DNA from: Planctomycetota bacterium
Lineage (GTDB): Bacteria > Planctomycetota > B15-G4
Assembly: GCA_052387675.1 (NCBI GenBank)
Contig: JBQTIY010000007.1
Location: forward strand, 68,691 to 132,690
Direction: 5' to 3'
DNA: 64,000 bases
This document shows, piece by piece, positions 1-9,705 of this stretch. Under the pieces are notes generated by a model. It saw nothing but the letters and a program-made list of their open reading frames with translations. It was not told the origin of the DNA and made no database searches. A program made the position numbers and the translations under genes. The number at the start of each line of letters is the position of its first letter. Position 1 is the stretch's first letter.

Positions 1-1275
1 CTGACCCTCGGCGAAAACTTGGTCGACTTCGGCCTGAGCGAAGTCTTCGTGCGCGAACTCTCGCGCACGCCCGAGCGCCGCACGGCGCTGCTCTCCAGCT
101 ACCTGGTGCTGAAACTCGGGCAGGGCCTTTTGGCCTGGCTGCTGCTGGCCGGCGGATTGTGGGCAGCGGGCTACGAGGCGACGATTCTGCAGGCCGGCTT
201 GCTCGGCGGTGCGGCGCTGCTGTTGTGGGGCCTGCTGCTCGTGTGGCGGGCGCACTACCGCGCGCGGCTCACGCTGGGACGCGACGCGCTGGCCGATGTG
301 GGCGGCGGGCTCGTGCAGCTTGCGCTCGTGGCCCTTGTCGCGGCGCAGGGGGGCGGACTGTGGGCGCTCCTGGCCGCCTTCGTGGCTGGCCGCGCCACGC
401 AGACGGCCCTCGCCGCCGGACTCGCCGGAGCTGAGGCGCGCCCGCGCCTCGCGCAAGCCGAACGCGGCATCATGCGGCAGGCGCTCAGCGCGGCTCTGCC
501 CATTGGCCTGACCATGGCCGTGGTCACGCTCACCGCGCATCTCGACACGCTCATGCTCGCCGAGTTGCTCGGGCTAAAAGCCGTGGGACTCTTCGCGGCC
601 GCCTGGCGCTTTGCCGTGCCGGCCACGCTCATCGCGGCCTCCTTCGCGGGCACGCTCTATCCGATCCTGGCCGCCTCCTGGCAGCGCGACACGCCGCGCC
701 TGCATCGCACCTTTCAGGCGGGCATGGAGGCCTCTTTCCTGCTGGCCAGCGCGATCTTCTGTGTGTTTTTCGTGGGCGCCGAAGGGCTCATGGCGCTGCT
801 CGGCGCGGAGGTCGCGCCGGCCGCCCCGGTCTTGCGCGTGCTGGCCTGCATCGTTCCGATCACGGCGCTGAACTGCGTGCTGGGACCCACCCTCTTCGCC
901 GTTGGCGCGCAGCGTCCGGCGCTGCTCTTCGCCTGCACGGGCCTGGCCCTGAAAGTTCTGCTGCTCGTCGCGCTCATTCCGGGGCGGGGTCTGCTGGGGC
1001 CGGCCTGGGCCTCGCTCGGCACCGAGCTGCTCACGGGCTTCCTCCTGCCACTGCTCTGCGTGCAGCGCTACCTGGGCTATCGGCTGCGCTGGGGCCTGCT
1101 GCTGCGCGCGGCCCTGGCGGCGGGAATCGCCGTGAGCAGCGCGGCGCTCGTGGGCTGGCACGGCACGCTGGCCGGTGCAGGGCTGGCGTTGCTCGTGCTC
1201 GGACCGGCGGCGCTCCTCACCGGCGCGGTGAACCGTCAGCGCCTCGCCAGTCTCTTCGCCGCCGCGTCGCGCTGA
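1..1275 (+). CDS. Polysaccharide flippase, MOP/Wzx-like family (5' end cut by window edge)
   Basis: The frame is open from nt 1 (LTLGEN precedes the listed TTG at 19), so the N-terminus lies outside the window. The protein is a highly hydrophobic Ala/Leu-rich polytopic membrane protein with many predicted TM helices. It sits next to GT2 and sugar-transferase genes. The family call rests on architecture only. Confidence 0.7.
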   Translation: MTLGENLVDFGLSEVFVRELSRTPERRTALLSSYLVLKLGQGLLAWLLLAGGLWAAGYEATILQAGLLGGAALLLWGLLLVWRAHYRARLTLGRDALADVGGGLVQLALVALVAAQGGGLWALLAAFVAGRATQTALAAGLAGAEARPRLAQAERGIMRQALSAALPIGLTMAVVTLTAHLDTLMLAELLGLKAVGLFAAAWRFAVPATLIAASFAGTLYPILAASWQRDTPRLHRTFQAGMEASFLLASAIFCVFFVGAEGLMALLGAEVAPAAPVLRVLACIVPITALNCVLGPTLFAVGAQRPALLFACTGLALKVLLLVALIPGRGLLGPAWASLGTELLTGFLLPLLCVQRYLGYRLRWGLLLRAALAAGIAVSSAALVGWHGTLAGAGLALLVLGPAALLTGAVNRQRLASLFAAASR

Positions 1276-1278
1276 GGC

Positions 1279-2346
1279 TTAGCAGGGCCGCAGCAGGCGG
1301 CGCAGCAGCGGCGTCAGCGCAAAGCCCAGCAGATGCGCACCCACAGCCAGACTCCAGCTCGACAAGGACCAGACATTGGCTCGCAGAGCCCGTCGCGCGC
1401 AGTGCCGAGCCTCCGCGCCGCGGCCCTGCGCCAGGCGAATCGCCGCCAGTCGCCGCAGGTTGTAGCCGAGTAGTCGGCGGCGCAGCCGCTCCACGCGCGG
1501 CCCGAAGCGCTCCACGAAGTGGCGCCTCTCCAGCAGCCGTACAAGCGTCTCGACGATGAATTCGTTCACCCAGGGACGCAGAGTCACGCGCAGCGAGCCG
1601 TCGTGGAAACGCACGCTCAGCCGCGTGGCCGCATCGAAGCCGGCCTGTGCGACAGCGCTCCCACTCCGCTCTGCAGAGACGCCCAAGGCTGAGACCGGCT
1701 GCTCGCCCAGGCGCAGGAGCAGGTTGAACTCGAAGGGAAAGTTGCCGCGAAAGCCCGGATCGCAGAGCCCCGCGCGCCGCAGGGCCGCGCTGCGAAAGAC
1801 GGTGCCCGAGAGCGGCACGAAACCCGAGCTGAGCAGGGCTTCGAGGAGCGGCACGGGCCCGGGCGCGCGCGTGTGACGGCCGTGCTCGCGCAGATAGCGC
1901 TGCGTCCAGGCCGGCTGCTCAGTCCCGGCCGCATCGATGAGGCGGGGATTGGCCACGTAACACACGAGCTGGGGATCGGCGTCCAGCATGGTGACGGCAC
2001 GGCGCAAAGAGTCCGGATCGAGTCGGTCGTCGTCGTGCAGAATCACAAAGTACTCGGCGCGGCATTCGCCAAAGAGAAAAGCCCCCTGCCCCGACTCGAG
2101 CAGGGGCTCGGAGTGGCGGACATAGCGCAGGCCGGATCGCGCTGCGCGCTCGACATAGGCGCGCGCGGCTTCGCTCGCGGCCGGCTCGGAAGCGTCATCG
2201 CTCACCAAGAGCTCGACGGCGCCGAAATCCTGGGCCAGCACGCTGTCGAGCGCTTCGCGCAGCCACTCCGGGCGGTTGCGCGTGGGCAGACCGACGAAGA
2301 CTCGCGGCGTCACGGCTGACACGGTGGCCGCGCGGTCAGTGGGCAC
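1279..2346 (-). CDS. Glycosyltransferase family 2
   Basis: The N-terminal stretch VFVGLPTRNRPEWLREALDSVLAQDF...LLVSDDASEP and the ILHDDDRL motif are typical of the GT-A/GT2 fold. It is convergent with the flippase gene, with a 3-nt gap. Confidence 0.85.
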   Translation of the reverse strand: MPTDRAATVSAVTPRVFVGLPTRNRPEWLREALDSVLAQDFGAVELLVSDDASEPAASEAARAYVERAARSGLRYVRHSEPLLESGQGAFLFGECRAEYFVILHDDDRLDPDSLRRAVTMLDADPQLVCYVANPRLIDAAGTEQPAWTQRYLREHGRHTRAPGPVPLLEALLSSGFVPLSGTVFRSAALRRAGLCDPGFRGNFPFEFNLLLRLGEQPVSALGVSAERSGSAVAQAGFDAATRLSVRFHDGSLRVTLRPWVNEFIVETLVRLLERRHFVERFGPRVERLRRRLLGYNLRRLAAIRLAQGRGAEARHCARRALRANVWSLSSWSLAVGAHLLGFALTPLLRRLLRPC

Positions 2347-2395
2347 GCGCGCATCCTAGCGCGCCCGAGCGGCGCGCCCGAGCGGCGCGTCGTGT

Positions 2396-2725
2396 TCAGC
2401 GCTGCGGTGGCTGGAGCGGGCTCGTCCACAGCAGGCGCGGGCGCAGGCTCGTGCGCAGCGTGGCGAGCGAAAGCTCGGGCGCTGCGCCTGGGCTCGGCAG
2501 TCCGGCCAAGAGGTCCGCGGAACACAGCAGATCAATGACCAGACCGTCGCGGCACACGGCAATCGCAGCGGCGCCGCTCTCGCTCAGCCGGCGCGCGGCC
2601 TCGGCCCAACTCGCATCGTGCTCGATGCTCGGAATGCCGACGGACTGCCCGGGCAGTGGCGCCCTTGAAGACTGCGAGAGCGACTGCGTGGCCTGGGTGT
2701 TGGGCGGGGTGCTGTGCTGAGCCAT
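2396..2725 (-). CDS. Hypothetical small protein (weak CBS-domain-like segment)
   Basis: The 109-aa ORF has GC3-rich codon usage, and a GGAG lies about 9 nt upstream of the ATG. The segment AAAIAVCRDGLVIDLLCSADLL resembles half of a CBS pair. This is weak. Confidence 0.35.
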   Translation of the reverse strand: MAQHSTPPNTQATQSLSQSSRAPLPGQSVGIPSIEHDASWAEAARRLSESGAAAIAVCRDGLVIDLLCSADLLAGLPSPGAAPELSLATLRTSLRPRLLWTSPLQPPQR

Positions 2726-2813
2726 CGGGGAACTCCAGAGGCCGCGTCCCTCTGGGGACCGGCTCCCCTTCTTCGGCCCGCCGCGGTCCGCCGCTTGAGC
2801 CGTGGCCCCAGAC

Positions 2814-4286
2814 TTACCAGCCCTTGCCGCGCAAGACCGTGCCCAGCGTCGCGGCTGCCACGCGCAGATCGAGCCCCAGCGACCAGCGATCGATGTACTC
2901 CAGATCCATTTCCATCCAGCGCTCGAAGGGCAGGCTGTGGTCGCCGTGGGCCTGCCAGAGGCAGGTCATGCCCGGCGGCATCGAGAGGCGGCGGCGCTGC
3001 CACCAGGCCCAGGCCGCAACCTCGTCGGGCAGCGCCGGGCGCGGCCCCACCAGGCTCATCTCGCCGATGAGCACGTTGGCGAGCTGCGGCAGCTCATCGA
3101 AGTGAAAGCGGCGCAGCGCGCGGCCCACGCGCGTGATGCGCGGATCCCCGCGCATCTTGAAGACCGGGCCGTCCGCCTCGTTGCGGCCGGCCAGCTCGGC
3201 GCGCTGCTCGTGCGCACCGACGATCATGGTGCGGAACTTGAAGAGTGTGAAGTGACGGCCGTGCAAACCGACGCGCGTCTGGCGGTAGAGCACCGGCCCG
3301 CGCGAGTCGAGCTTGATGGCCAGTGCCGCCAGCAGCAGCAGCGGGCTGAGCAGCACCAGTAGCAGCAGAGCGGCTACTAAATCGCCCAGGCGTTTGATGG
3401 CCAGCGAAACATGGCTCGACGGCCCGGAGAAGTGCGTGACGAGGGTCGTGTCGCCGAGGCGCACGATGTCGGTCTGCACGCCTTCGGTCTCGAAGCTGCG
3501 CGTGGGAAACTTCACCGAGACGCCCGCCTCGCCGCAAACGCGCAGCACGTCGGCCACTTGATCGTAGTGGCTGCGCAACGGCAGCGTGACCACCACCTCG
3601 TCCACGGCCTGGCGCCGCAGCAAGTTGCGAAAGGAATCCGGTGCATCGAGCGGCGTGAAGGGCAGTTCGGAGAGCGGCGGCCGCTGGAACTCCTCTGCGC
3701 CCGCCGAACCCGCGGGCAAATCGGGCACATCCACCAGACCCACAATGCGCAGTCCGTAGTGCGGATGCGCCAGCAGATCGCGCGCGATGGCGGCGGAGCG
3801 CGGGTTGCGCCCCACGAGCAGCCAGGCGCGCTGGTCGAGGCCGCCCCGGCGCAGCCTGCGCAGCACGAGCCGCACGACGAGCCGCAAGAAAAGCACAGCC
3901 CCCGCACCGACCAGCCCGGCCACTGCGATCTGCGCGGCCGAGGGCAAGAGCGGGGCTCCGGCCGCACTCGCAGCCGGCGCGAGCCCGAGCAGCGGCGCGA
4001 CAGAGAGCGCCAAGCTCGCCAGCGCCAGGGCCGCGACGCAGGTCTCCAGCAAGGCACGCAGTTCCGCGCCCAGTGTCTCGGTGCGGCGCGCGTGATAGAT
4101 GCCGAGGCGCTGCGCCGCGAGCAGGAAGCACAGCAGTTGGCTGGCGGCGAGCAAGAGTGCGGCGCGTGCCGAACCGGAGGCCTCGGCGCCGGCCAGGCTG
4201 CGCCAGGCCAGCGGCGCGACCGCGAAGACGGCGGCGTCGATCAGCCGCAGCGAGCGCGCGAAGACATGGAGGTTCTGGTACAGCAC
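2814..4286 (-). CDS. Exopolysaccharide polyprenyl glycosylphosphotransferase (bacterial sugar transferase, WbaP/EpsB-like)
   Basis: The N-terminal half has several TM helices. The C-terminal catalytic domain carries DSRGPVLYRQTRVGLHGRHFTLFKFRTM...DPRITRVGRALRRFHFDELPQLANVLIGEMSLVGPRP, the signature of the bacterial sugar transferase family. Confidence 0.9.
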   Translation of the reverse strand: MLYQNLHVFARSLRLIDAAVFAVAPLAWRSLAGAEASGSARAALLLAASQLLCFLLAAQRLGIYHARRTETLGAELRALLETCVAALALASLALSVAPLLGLAPAASAAGAPLLPSAAQIAVAGLVGAGAVLFLRLVVRLVLRRLRRGGLDQRAWLLVGRNPRSAAIARDLLAHPHYGLRIVGLVDVPDLPAGSAGAEEFQRPPLSELPFTPLDAPDSFRNLLRRQAVDEVVVTLPLRSHYDQVADVLRVCGEAGVSVKFPTRSFETEGVQTDIVRLGDTTLVTHFSGPSSHVSLAIKRLGDLVAALLLLVLLSPLLLLAALAIKLDSRGPVLYRQTRVGLHGRHFTLFKFRTMIVGAHEQRAELAGRNEADGPVFKMRGDPRITRVGRALRRFHFDELPQLANVLIGEMSLVGPRPALPDEVAAWAWWQRRRLSMPPGMTCLWQAHGDHSLPFERWMEMDLEYIDRWSLGLDLRVAAATLGTVLRGKGW

Positions 4287-4296
4287 GGGCCCAACT

Positions 4297-5505
4297 CTAG
4301 TAGGGCGACGGGCGGGAGCAAGCCGCGAGCTGCTCGAGGACCCACGCGAACTCCTGCTCCAGGCATTCCAGCAGTGTCGAGGCCCCCAGGCGCGCCCGCC
4401 GCTCGGCAGGAATCATGTCGAAGGAGTAGGTCTCGATCTCCAGGTGCGGAGCGTCGAGCGGCTCGGCCAGCAGCGCCTGGAGGTCGGCGCGCGTCGTGCC
4501 GAGCAGGCCCTGCTCATCCAACTGGGCCGCAAAGAGCGGCACATGGAAGTGGATGCGCCAGGCGCCGGCGGCGCGCCCCTGGTGCGCTCCGGACGCGGGG
4601 CCAGCCAGTGAGTCCAGCGCCTCCGGCAGATCCGCGAAGCGCCGCAGTGTGCCGTCGGGCGCGCGCTCGACGACCTGATGGAACCAGCGTTCATCGGCGA
4701 AGCCCGCCAGTGCCTGCTGTGCGGCGCGCGGCGCGCTCACGGCGAGCGCCGAAGAGAGCTGCACCTTGGCGATGGGCACACCGGCTGCGCGCAGCAGGCG
4801 CAGAGAGGTCGGCAAGTCTTCGTACTGCACGGCTTGGTGACAGGCGTCAAAGCAGAGTCCGAGGTGCCTCCGCGCCACGTCTCCTGCGGGCCAAAGCTCG
4901 CGCTCGAAGAAGTCCACGATCTCAGCGGTGGTCTCGGAGAGCGAGAGCGGTTCGGGCTCGAGCGCCAGCACGATGCGCCGTCCGGATTGCCGCTCGAGTT
5001 CCGCCAAGCCGACGGCCGCGCGCCGAAAGCCGCGGCCCACGGCAGCGAGCGTGGGCGCGTCGGCGCCCCAGGGTTTGTAGCCGCCGGTGTGCGTGCTCAG
5101 GCTGCCCGTGGCACCTTCGGGCAGCAGACTGGCCAGAGCGCGTGCCGCCAGCAGCGTGTGCTCCAAGCGCGAATCCTCGGCCCAAGTCGGACGAAACACG
5201 GCGTCCTTCACGCGCGGCCCGTGGAACTCGCCCTGCGGAAAGGCGTTCACCGTGAAGGTTTGCAGGCCGAGTTGTGCGAGACGGCGGGCCAGCGGCGCCG
5301 GATCGTGTGCGACAGCCGCCGCCGCGCGCTCCGGCAGCCAGAGTCCCAAGCCCAGCGAGGCGGACTCGCCCAGCAGCCCGCGCTCAACCAGCTTCTGCCT
5401 CAGTCGCGCCGGCTCGGCGCCCAGGACGTCCAGCAGCCCGGGCAGGTCGGAGTAGGCATGCACATTCGTGCAGTAGCCCAATTGCCGGCCGGCAGAGAGA
5501 TGCAT
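4297..5505 (-). CDS. Xylose-isomerase-like TIM-barrel protein, EboE-like (sugar phosphate isomerase/epimerase superfamily)
   Basis: The N-terminus QLGYCTNVHAYSDL...LGLGLWLPERAA resembles my recollection of EboE 'metabolite traffic protein' N-termini. No other ebo genes are adjacent. Confidence 0.55.
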   Translation of the reverse strand: MHLSAGRQLGYCTNVHAYSDLPGLLDVLGAEPARLRQKLVERGLLGESASLGLGLWLPERAAAAVAHDPAPLARRLAQLGLQTFTVNAFPQGEFHGPRVKDAVFRPTWAEDSRLEHTLLAARALASLLPEGATGSLSTHTGGYKPWGADAPTLAAVGRGFRRAAVGLAELERQSGRRIVLALEPEPLSLSETTAEIVDFFERELWPAGDVARRHLGLCFDACHQAVQYEDLPTSLRLLRAAGVPIAKVQLSSALAVSAPRAAQQALAGFADERWFHQVVERAPDGTLRRFADLPEALDSLAGPASGAHQGRAAGAWRIHFHVPLFAAQLDEQGLLGTTRADLQALLAEPLDAPHLEIETYSFDMIPAERRARLGASTLLECLEQEFAWVLEQLAACSRPSPY

Positions 5506-5518
5506 GGCGGGCCGCCGC

Positions 5519-5806
5519 TCAGATTTTTTTGGAGCTCATCCAACGCACGAGCGCGATGAGCACGAGAGCGCCTAGCGTAGCGGAAACAATCTGCGCGAGC
5601 AGGCTCTGCGCGGCAAAACCCAGAACGCGAAGCAGAAATCCGCCAACCAGCGCTCCCAGAATGCCCAGCACCAGATTGACCACCAGCCCCTGCTTGGAGC
5701 GGCCCATGAGCGCATTGGCCAGAAAACCCGAAACGAGGCCGACGACCAGCAGCCACCAGATGATCGCCATAGCTGTTTCTCCGGATCGGGAGGGAAGATC
5801 GCTCAC
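5519..5806 (-). CDS. GlsB/YeaQ/YmgE family (transglycosylase-associated) small membrane stress protein
   Basis: The 95-aa protein has three Gly-rich TM helices (MAIIWWLLVVGLVSGFLANALMG...NLVLGILGALVGGFLL). A GGAGA Shine-Dalgarno sequence lies upstream. Confidence 0.85.
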   Translation of the reverse strand: MSDLPSRSGETAMAIIWWLLVVGLVSGFLANALMGRSKQGLVVNLVLGILGALVGGFLLRVLGFAAQSLLAQIVSATLGALVLIALVRWMSSKKI

Positions 5807-5895
5807 AGAAAGTCAGTCCGAGCAGTGCCCGGCCAGCGCGGAAGTCGGCGATCTGCGTATCATAGGCCCCGTCATCTTCCCAGGAGGTCCTCACC

Positions 5896-6633
5896 ATGCA
5901 TCGCGCGCCTTTCATCCGTTCCCTGTCGATCCGCCGCAGCCTGCCGCTTCTCGGCGCCGCGCTCCTGACGGTTTCCAGCACGATGGCCCAGGACGCCGCA
6001 CCAACCCGCCCCGCACCGACGGCTCCTGCTGCAACGCCTCCTGCCGCCACCCGGCCCGAGTCGGCGCCTGCGGCCCGGCCCGCCGCGCCCGCTGCCGGCA
6101 CGGTCACTCCCGCGCAGAATCCTGCGGCTCGGCCCACGGCGCCCGCTGCGCCTGCCGCCGTGGATCGTGACGAAGTCCTGCGCCGCATGGCCGCCACCGA
6201 GACTCAGCACCGCGAGCGCATGGCCAAGATCCAGCGCCTGCGCGAGCTGGCCTCGCAGGGTGCCCTGGCCGGCCGCGGCGACCTCATCGACGAACTCGAG
6301 CGCAAGGAGAACGCGCGCTTCGAGGAGCAGCGCAGCCGCGCACGCAAGCTCGTCGGTGACGAGGCCTTCCGCGCTGCGGACGCCCGCCATGCTGCGGGTC
6401 GCGAGCGCAAGCGTCCGGCCGCCGCGCGCCCCGAGCCCACACGCGCTCCGGCAGCCGGCGAGCGCCAGCCCGCCCGTCCCACGCAGCCGGCCACCGCGCC
6501 CGCCACGGCTCCTCGTCAGCCCGCCCCCCAGGCCCAGCGTCCGCCGGCACCGCCGGCGCGGCCCACACCGGCGCCCGCGCCTGCTCCTCAGCCGCGTGAG
6601 CAGTCCGGCGGCCGCTCGCCGCGCGGAGCCTGA
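5896..6633 (+). CDS. Secreted Pro/Ala-rich protein with central charged coiled-coil segment (hypothetical)
   Basis: An AGGAGG Shine-Dalgarno sequence lies 7 nt upstream of the ATG. There is a signal-peptide-like N-terminus (SLPLLGAALLTVSSTMAQD). Low-complexity PA-rich flanks surround a charged helical core. Confidence 0.55.
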   Translation: MHRAPFIRSLSIRRSLPLLGAALLTVSSTMAQDAAPTRPAPTAPAATPPAATRPESAPAARPAAPAAGTVTPAQNPAARPTAPAAPAAVDRDEVLRRMAATETQHRERMAKIQRLRELASQGALAGRGDLIDELERKENARFEEQRSRARKLVGDEAFRAADARHAAGRERKRPAAARPEPTRAPAAGERQPARPTQPATAPATAPRQPAPQAQRPPAPPARPTPAPAPAPQPREQSGGRSPRGA

Positions 6634-6635
6634 AC

Positions 6636-6953
6636 ATGAACTCCACGCACGCTGTTCGTCTGCGGATCGTGAGCGCGAGTCTTTTGGCTGCCGCTCTGTT
6701 GCTACCGGCCTGTAAGGACGACAGCAACGGCGCCTTTGTCTATCAAGCCGACGGCTCCGCCGCAGCAAAGGCAACGGGTGACGACGCGCCGGCAACCAGT
6801 GGCAGCACCGCCACCGCCGGCACGGACCTGCCCAAGATTCCCACGCAGGATGAGGCCGACGCGGCTGCGGCAGCGGCCATCACTGCCGCCAATGCGGAAG
6901 CCGAACTGGAGCGCCTGCTCAAGGAAATCGAGCAAGACAGCAAGGATCCCTGA
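6636..6953 (+). CDS. Small lipoprotein (hypothetical)
   Basis: The gene starts 2 nt after the previous stop. It has a signal peptide with the lipobox LLLPAC. Confidence 0.55.
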   Translation: MNSTHAVRLRIVSASLLAAALLLPACKDDSNGAFVYQADGSAAAKATGDDAPATSGSTATAGTDLPKIPTQDEADAAAAAAITAANAEAELERLLKEIEQDSKDP

Positions 6954-7007
6954 GGCGCGGGTTCCCGGCCCGGTCGACCAACTGCGAACGCGCGGGCGGG
7001 CTGCGCG

Positions 7008-8522
7008 CTACATCCGCACCCAGATGCTCTTGGTCTCGGTGTAGTTCTTGAGCGCGTGGTGTCCCATCTCGCGGCCGTAGCCGCTCTGCTTGTAGCCACC
7101 GAAGGGCGAAGCGGCGTCGAACATGTTGTAGCAGTTGATCCACACCGTGCCGGCGCGCAGCGCCGCCGCGAGGCGGTGCGCCTTGCCGATGTCGCGCGTC
7201 CAAATCCCGGCCGCTAGACCAAAGACCGAGTCGTTGGCTTCGCGCGCGATCTGCTCGATGTCATCGAAGGGCAGCGCGCAGACCACTGGGCCGAAGATCT
7301 CCTCGCGCACGATGGACATGGCGGGCTGCACATCCGTGAAGACTGTCGGCCGCACGAAATAGCCGGGGCCCGCGGGCAGCTCGCCTCCAAAGTTCGGCTT
7401 CGCGCCGGCCTTGCGGCCCGCCTCGATGTAGCCCTGCACGCGCTGCTGCTGCTCCTGGCTCACGAGCGGCCCCATCTGTGTGTCCAGCGCCATGCCGGGG
7501 CCGAGCTTGATGCCCTTGCTGAGATCCGCCACGCGCTCGACCAGCTCGGGATAGACCTTGTCCTCGACGTAGAGCCGTGAGCCCGCGCAGCAGCACTGGC
7601 CCTGGTTGAAGAAGATCGCGTTGAAGGCCCCGACCGAGGCCAGCTCGAGATCAGCATCCTTGAAGACGATGTTCGGCGACTTGCCACCCAGCTCCAGCGT
7701 GACGCGCTTCAGATTGCCCGAGCTGGCCTTCACGATCTCGTGGCCCACTTCGGTGCTGCCCGTGAACGCGACCTTGTCCACATCAGGATGACTGGCCAGC
7801 GCAGCGCCGGCTTCGCCGAAACCCGTGATGATGTTCACCACGCCCGGCGGAAAGCCGGCTTCGAGGAACATGCGGCCCAGGAAGAGGGCCGTCAGCGGCG
7901 TTTGCTCGGCAGGCTTGAGGATCACGGTGCAGCCGCAGGCCAGCGCTGCGCCCAACTTCCAGGCCGCCATGAGCAGCGGGAAGTTCCAAGGAATGATCTG
8001 TCCGACGACCCCCACCGGATCACGCAGCGTGTAGTTCAGGTAGACGCCCTGCGGGTCATAGGGCGGAGCCACGGGAATCGTTTCGCCCTCGAGCTTGTCG
8101 GCCCAGCCGGCGTAGTAGCGGAAGTGCTCGACGGTGAGCGGCACATCGGCAGCGCGCGCCACCGCCAGCGGCTTGCCGTTGTCGAGCGACTCAAGCTGCG
8201 CGAAGGTTTCGGCGTGCTTCTCGATGAGGTCCGCGAGCTGATACAGCAGACGTCCGCGCTGGCGGCCGCTCATCCGGTGCCACGCACCGTCCTCGAAGGC
8301 TGCGCGCGCTGCGCGCACGGCACGGTCCACATCCTGCTTGCCGCCCTGCGCCACGCTGGTGAGCCGCGTGCCGTCGGCCGGATTCTGCACGTCGAAGGAC
8401 TTGCCGTCCGCCGCGCTGAGCCACTCGCCGTTGATGAGCAGCTTGTGCGGCCCGGCCGCGAGAAAGGCCCGCACGGCGGGAGTCAGTTCCACCTGCTGCG
8501 GGGGCTTCAGGGTGGCAGTCAT
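7008..8522 (-). CDS. NAD(P)+-dependent aldehyde dehydrogenase
   Basis: The 504-aa protein carries ALDH hallmarks: FTGSTEVG, ELGGKSP and GQCCCAGSR (catalytic Cys region). The length is typical for the family. Confidence 0.95.
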   Translation of the reverse strand: MTATLKPPQQVELTPAVRAFLAAGPHKLLINGEWLSAADGKSFDVQNPADGTRLTSVAQGGKQDVDRAVRAARAAFEDGAWHRMSGRQRGRLLYQLADLIEKHAETFAQLESLDNGKPLAVARAADVPLTVEHFRYYAGWADKLEGETIPVAPPYDPQGVYLNYTLRDPVGVVGQIIPWNFPLLMAAWKLGAALACGCTVILKPAEQTPLTALFLGRMFLEAGFPPGVVNIITGFGEAGAALASHPDVDKVAFTGSTEVGHEIVKASSGNLKRVTLELGGKSPNIVFKDADLELASVGAFNAIFFNQGQCCCAGSRLYVEDKVYPELVERVADLSKGIKLGPGMALDTQMGPLVSQEQQQRVQGYIEAGRKAGAKPNFGGELPAGPGYFVRPTVFTDVQPAMSIVREEIFGPVVCALPFDDIEQIAREANDSVFGLAAGIWTRDIGKAHRLAAALRAGTVWINCYNMFDAASPFGGYKQSGYGREMGHHALKNYTETKSIWVRM

Positions 8523-8532
8523 GGGCGGCTCC

Positions 8533-9057
8533 TCAGAGGCGTGTGTAGACGATTTCCAGGGCCTTGCGCTCCACGCCGTCGGCGCCGGTCTGGTACTGCA
8601 CGTAGCCGTGGCTGTCGCGGCTATGGATGGTGGTCACGTCGCGCGTCTTGAAGGGCTGTCCCGTGACGGGATGCGGGCAGGCGCGGTGAATCGAGATCGC
8701 GCGGCCCGTGGCGTCGGCATTGCCGCTGCCCACCGGCATGAGAAAGGTGCCCATGGAGTCGGCCCAGAGCGCGACGTACTGCTGCTTGAAGTTGTCGTAG
8801 CCCATGAGGCCGAGCCCCTCGAAGGGCTGGCCCATGGTCTGCCCGGCATAGCGGCTGAGCAGAAAGCGGCCGCCCAGCACCCAGGTGTTCTCGATCGTGC
8901 CGGCGGATTCCGAGGGCGGGACATCAGGCGCCATCCAGAACTTCACCGCAGCCCGAAACTTTCCGGCCAGCGGCTCCAGGCGACGGTGGTGCTCGCCCGG
9001 CTGAATCATTGCCATGTATTGGGCCATGTCCTGACTCATGCGCGGCGACTCTAGCAC
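8533..9057 (-). CDS. DUF1579 family protein
   Basis: The stretch ENTWVLGGRFLLSRYAGQTMGQPFEGLGLMGYDNFKQQYVALWADSMGT matches the DUF1579 pattern as I recall it. The gene ends 10 nt upstream of the ALDH start. The start is ambiguous, either GTG at 9057 or ATG at 9039. Confidence 0.7.
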   Translation of the reverse strand: MLESPRMSQDMAQYMAMIQPGEHHRRLEPLAGKFRAAVKFWMAPDVPPSESAGTIENTWVLGGRFLLSRYAGQTMGQPFEGLGLMGYDNFKQQYVALWADSMGTFLMPVGSGNADATGRAISIHRACPHPVTGQPFKTRDVTTIHSRDSHGYVQYQTGADGVERKALEIVYTRL

Positions 9058-9099
9058 CCCTCCCGAAAGTCGCGCCAGCGCGCGCCCGCTTGTCCCGGC

Positions 9100-9705
9100 T
9101 CAGGCCCGGGGCGGCGTGTTGAGGCGAGCCTCGTCGTAAAAGGCCAGTCCGTGCCCGGCGCCGCCGCGCGCTTTGGCAATCCAAGTGATCTGCCCGGTAT
9201 GCCACGAGCAGTGCTCGACGACATGCAGCGCGGCCTGTAGCGGCGTGGTCTCGAAGCCCTGGATGGTCACCGGCTCGAGCCAGCCTGCCGGGTCGCGCGC
9301 ACGCAGCACCACGGCGGCCGCCTCGATAGTGGCTTGCAGAGCCGCCAGCAGCACTGCGGCCGAATCACCGCCGCGCGCCCCGAACTCAGCGGCCCGCTCG
9401 CGGAGATCCGGCGCCCCGCCGAGCCCGCACACAATCCACTGCCGGAGATTCCCTTCCAGGTGCAGGAGCAGATTGCCCGTGCTCGTGCTGCCCTCGTGCG
9501 GACGCCACCAAAGATCAGTCTCGGGGAGGACTCCCACGGCACGGCGCAGGCGCGGCAGGTAGGTGTCGGCCAGCAGGCGAGCGCATTCATCGCCAAAGGC
9601 CAGGCCTAGCCCGTGCTGCGCGGGGCCCGACAAGCCCGCGGGACCGGGCGACGGCGTGTATTCCCCGCTGCGATCCCGAGCGCGCCGCGACTCCATGGCC
9701 TCCAT
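9100..9705 (-). CDS. DinB-superfamily protein (DUF1572-like)
   Basis: Only the C-terminal 201 aa of the listed 378-aa ORF look real; they begin at ATG 9705. His-containing DinB motifs are present: LLHLEGNLRQWI and VEHCSWHTGQI. The upstream extension is Arg-rich junk antisense to the helicase gene. Confidence 0.75.
   Translation of the reverse strand: MEAMESRRARDRSGEYTPSPGPAGLSGPAQHGLGLAFGDECARLLADTYLPRLRRAVGVLPETDLWWRPHEGSTSTGNLLLHLEGNLRQWIVCGLGGAPDLRERAAEFGARGGDSAAVLLAALQATIEAAAVVLRARDPAGWLEPVTIQGFETTPLQAALHVVEHCSWHTGQITWIAKARGGAGHGLAFYDEARLNTPPRA

Noticed and set aside
3411-5255. A 614-aa ORF on the plus strand spanning the sugar transferase and EboE-like genes.
   Set aside because: The translation is Arg/Pro/Ala low complexity, antisense to two genes with clear family signatures. 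It crosses their intergenic gap, which real genes on the opposite strand would not be expected to do.
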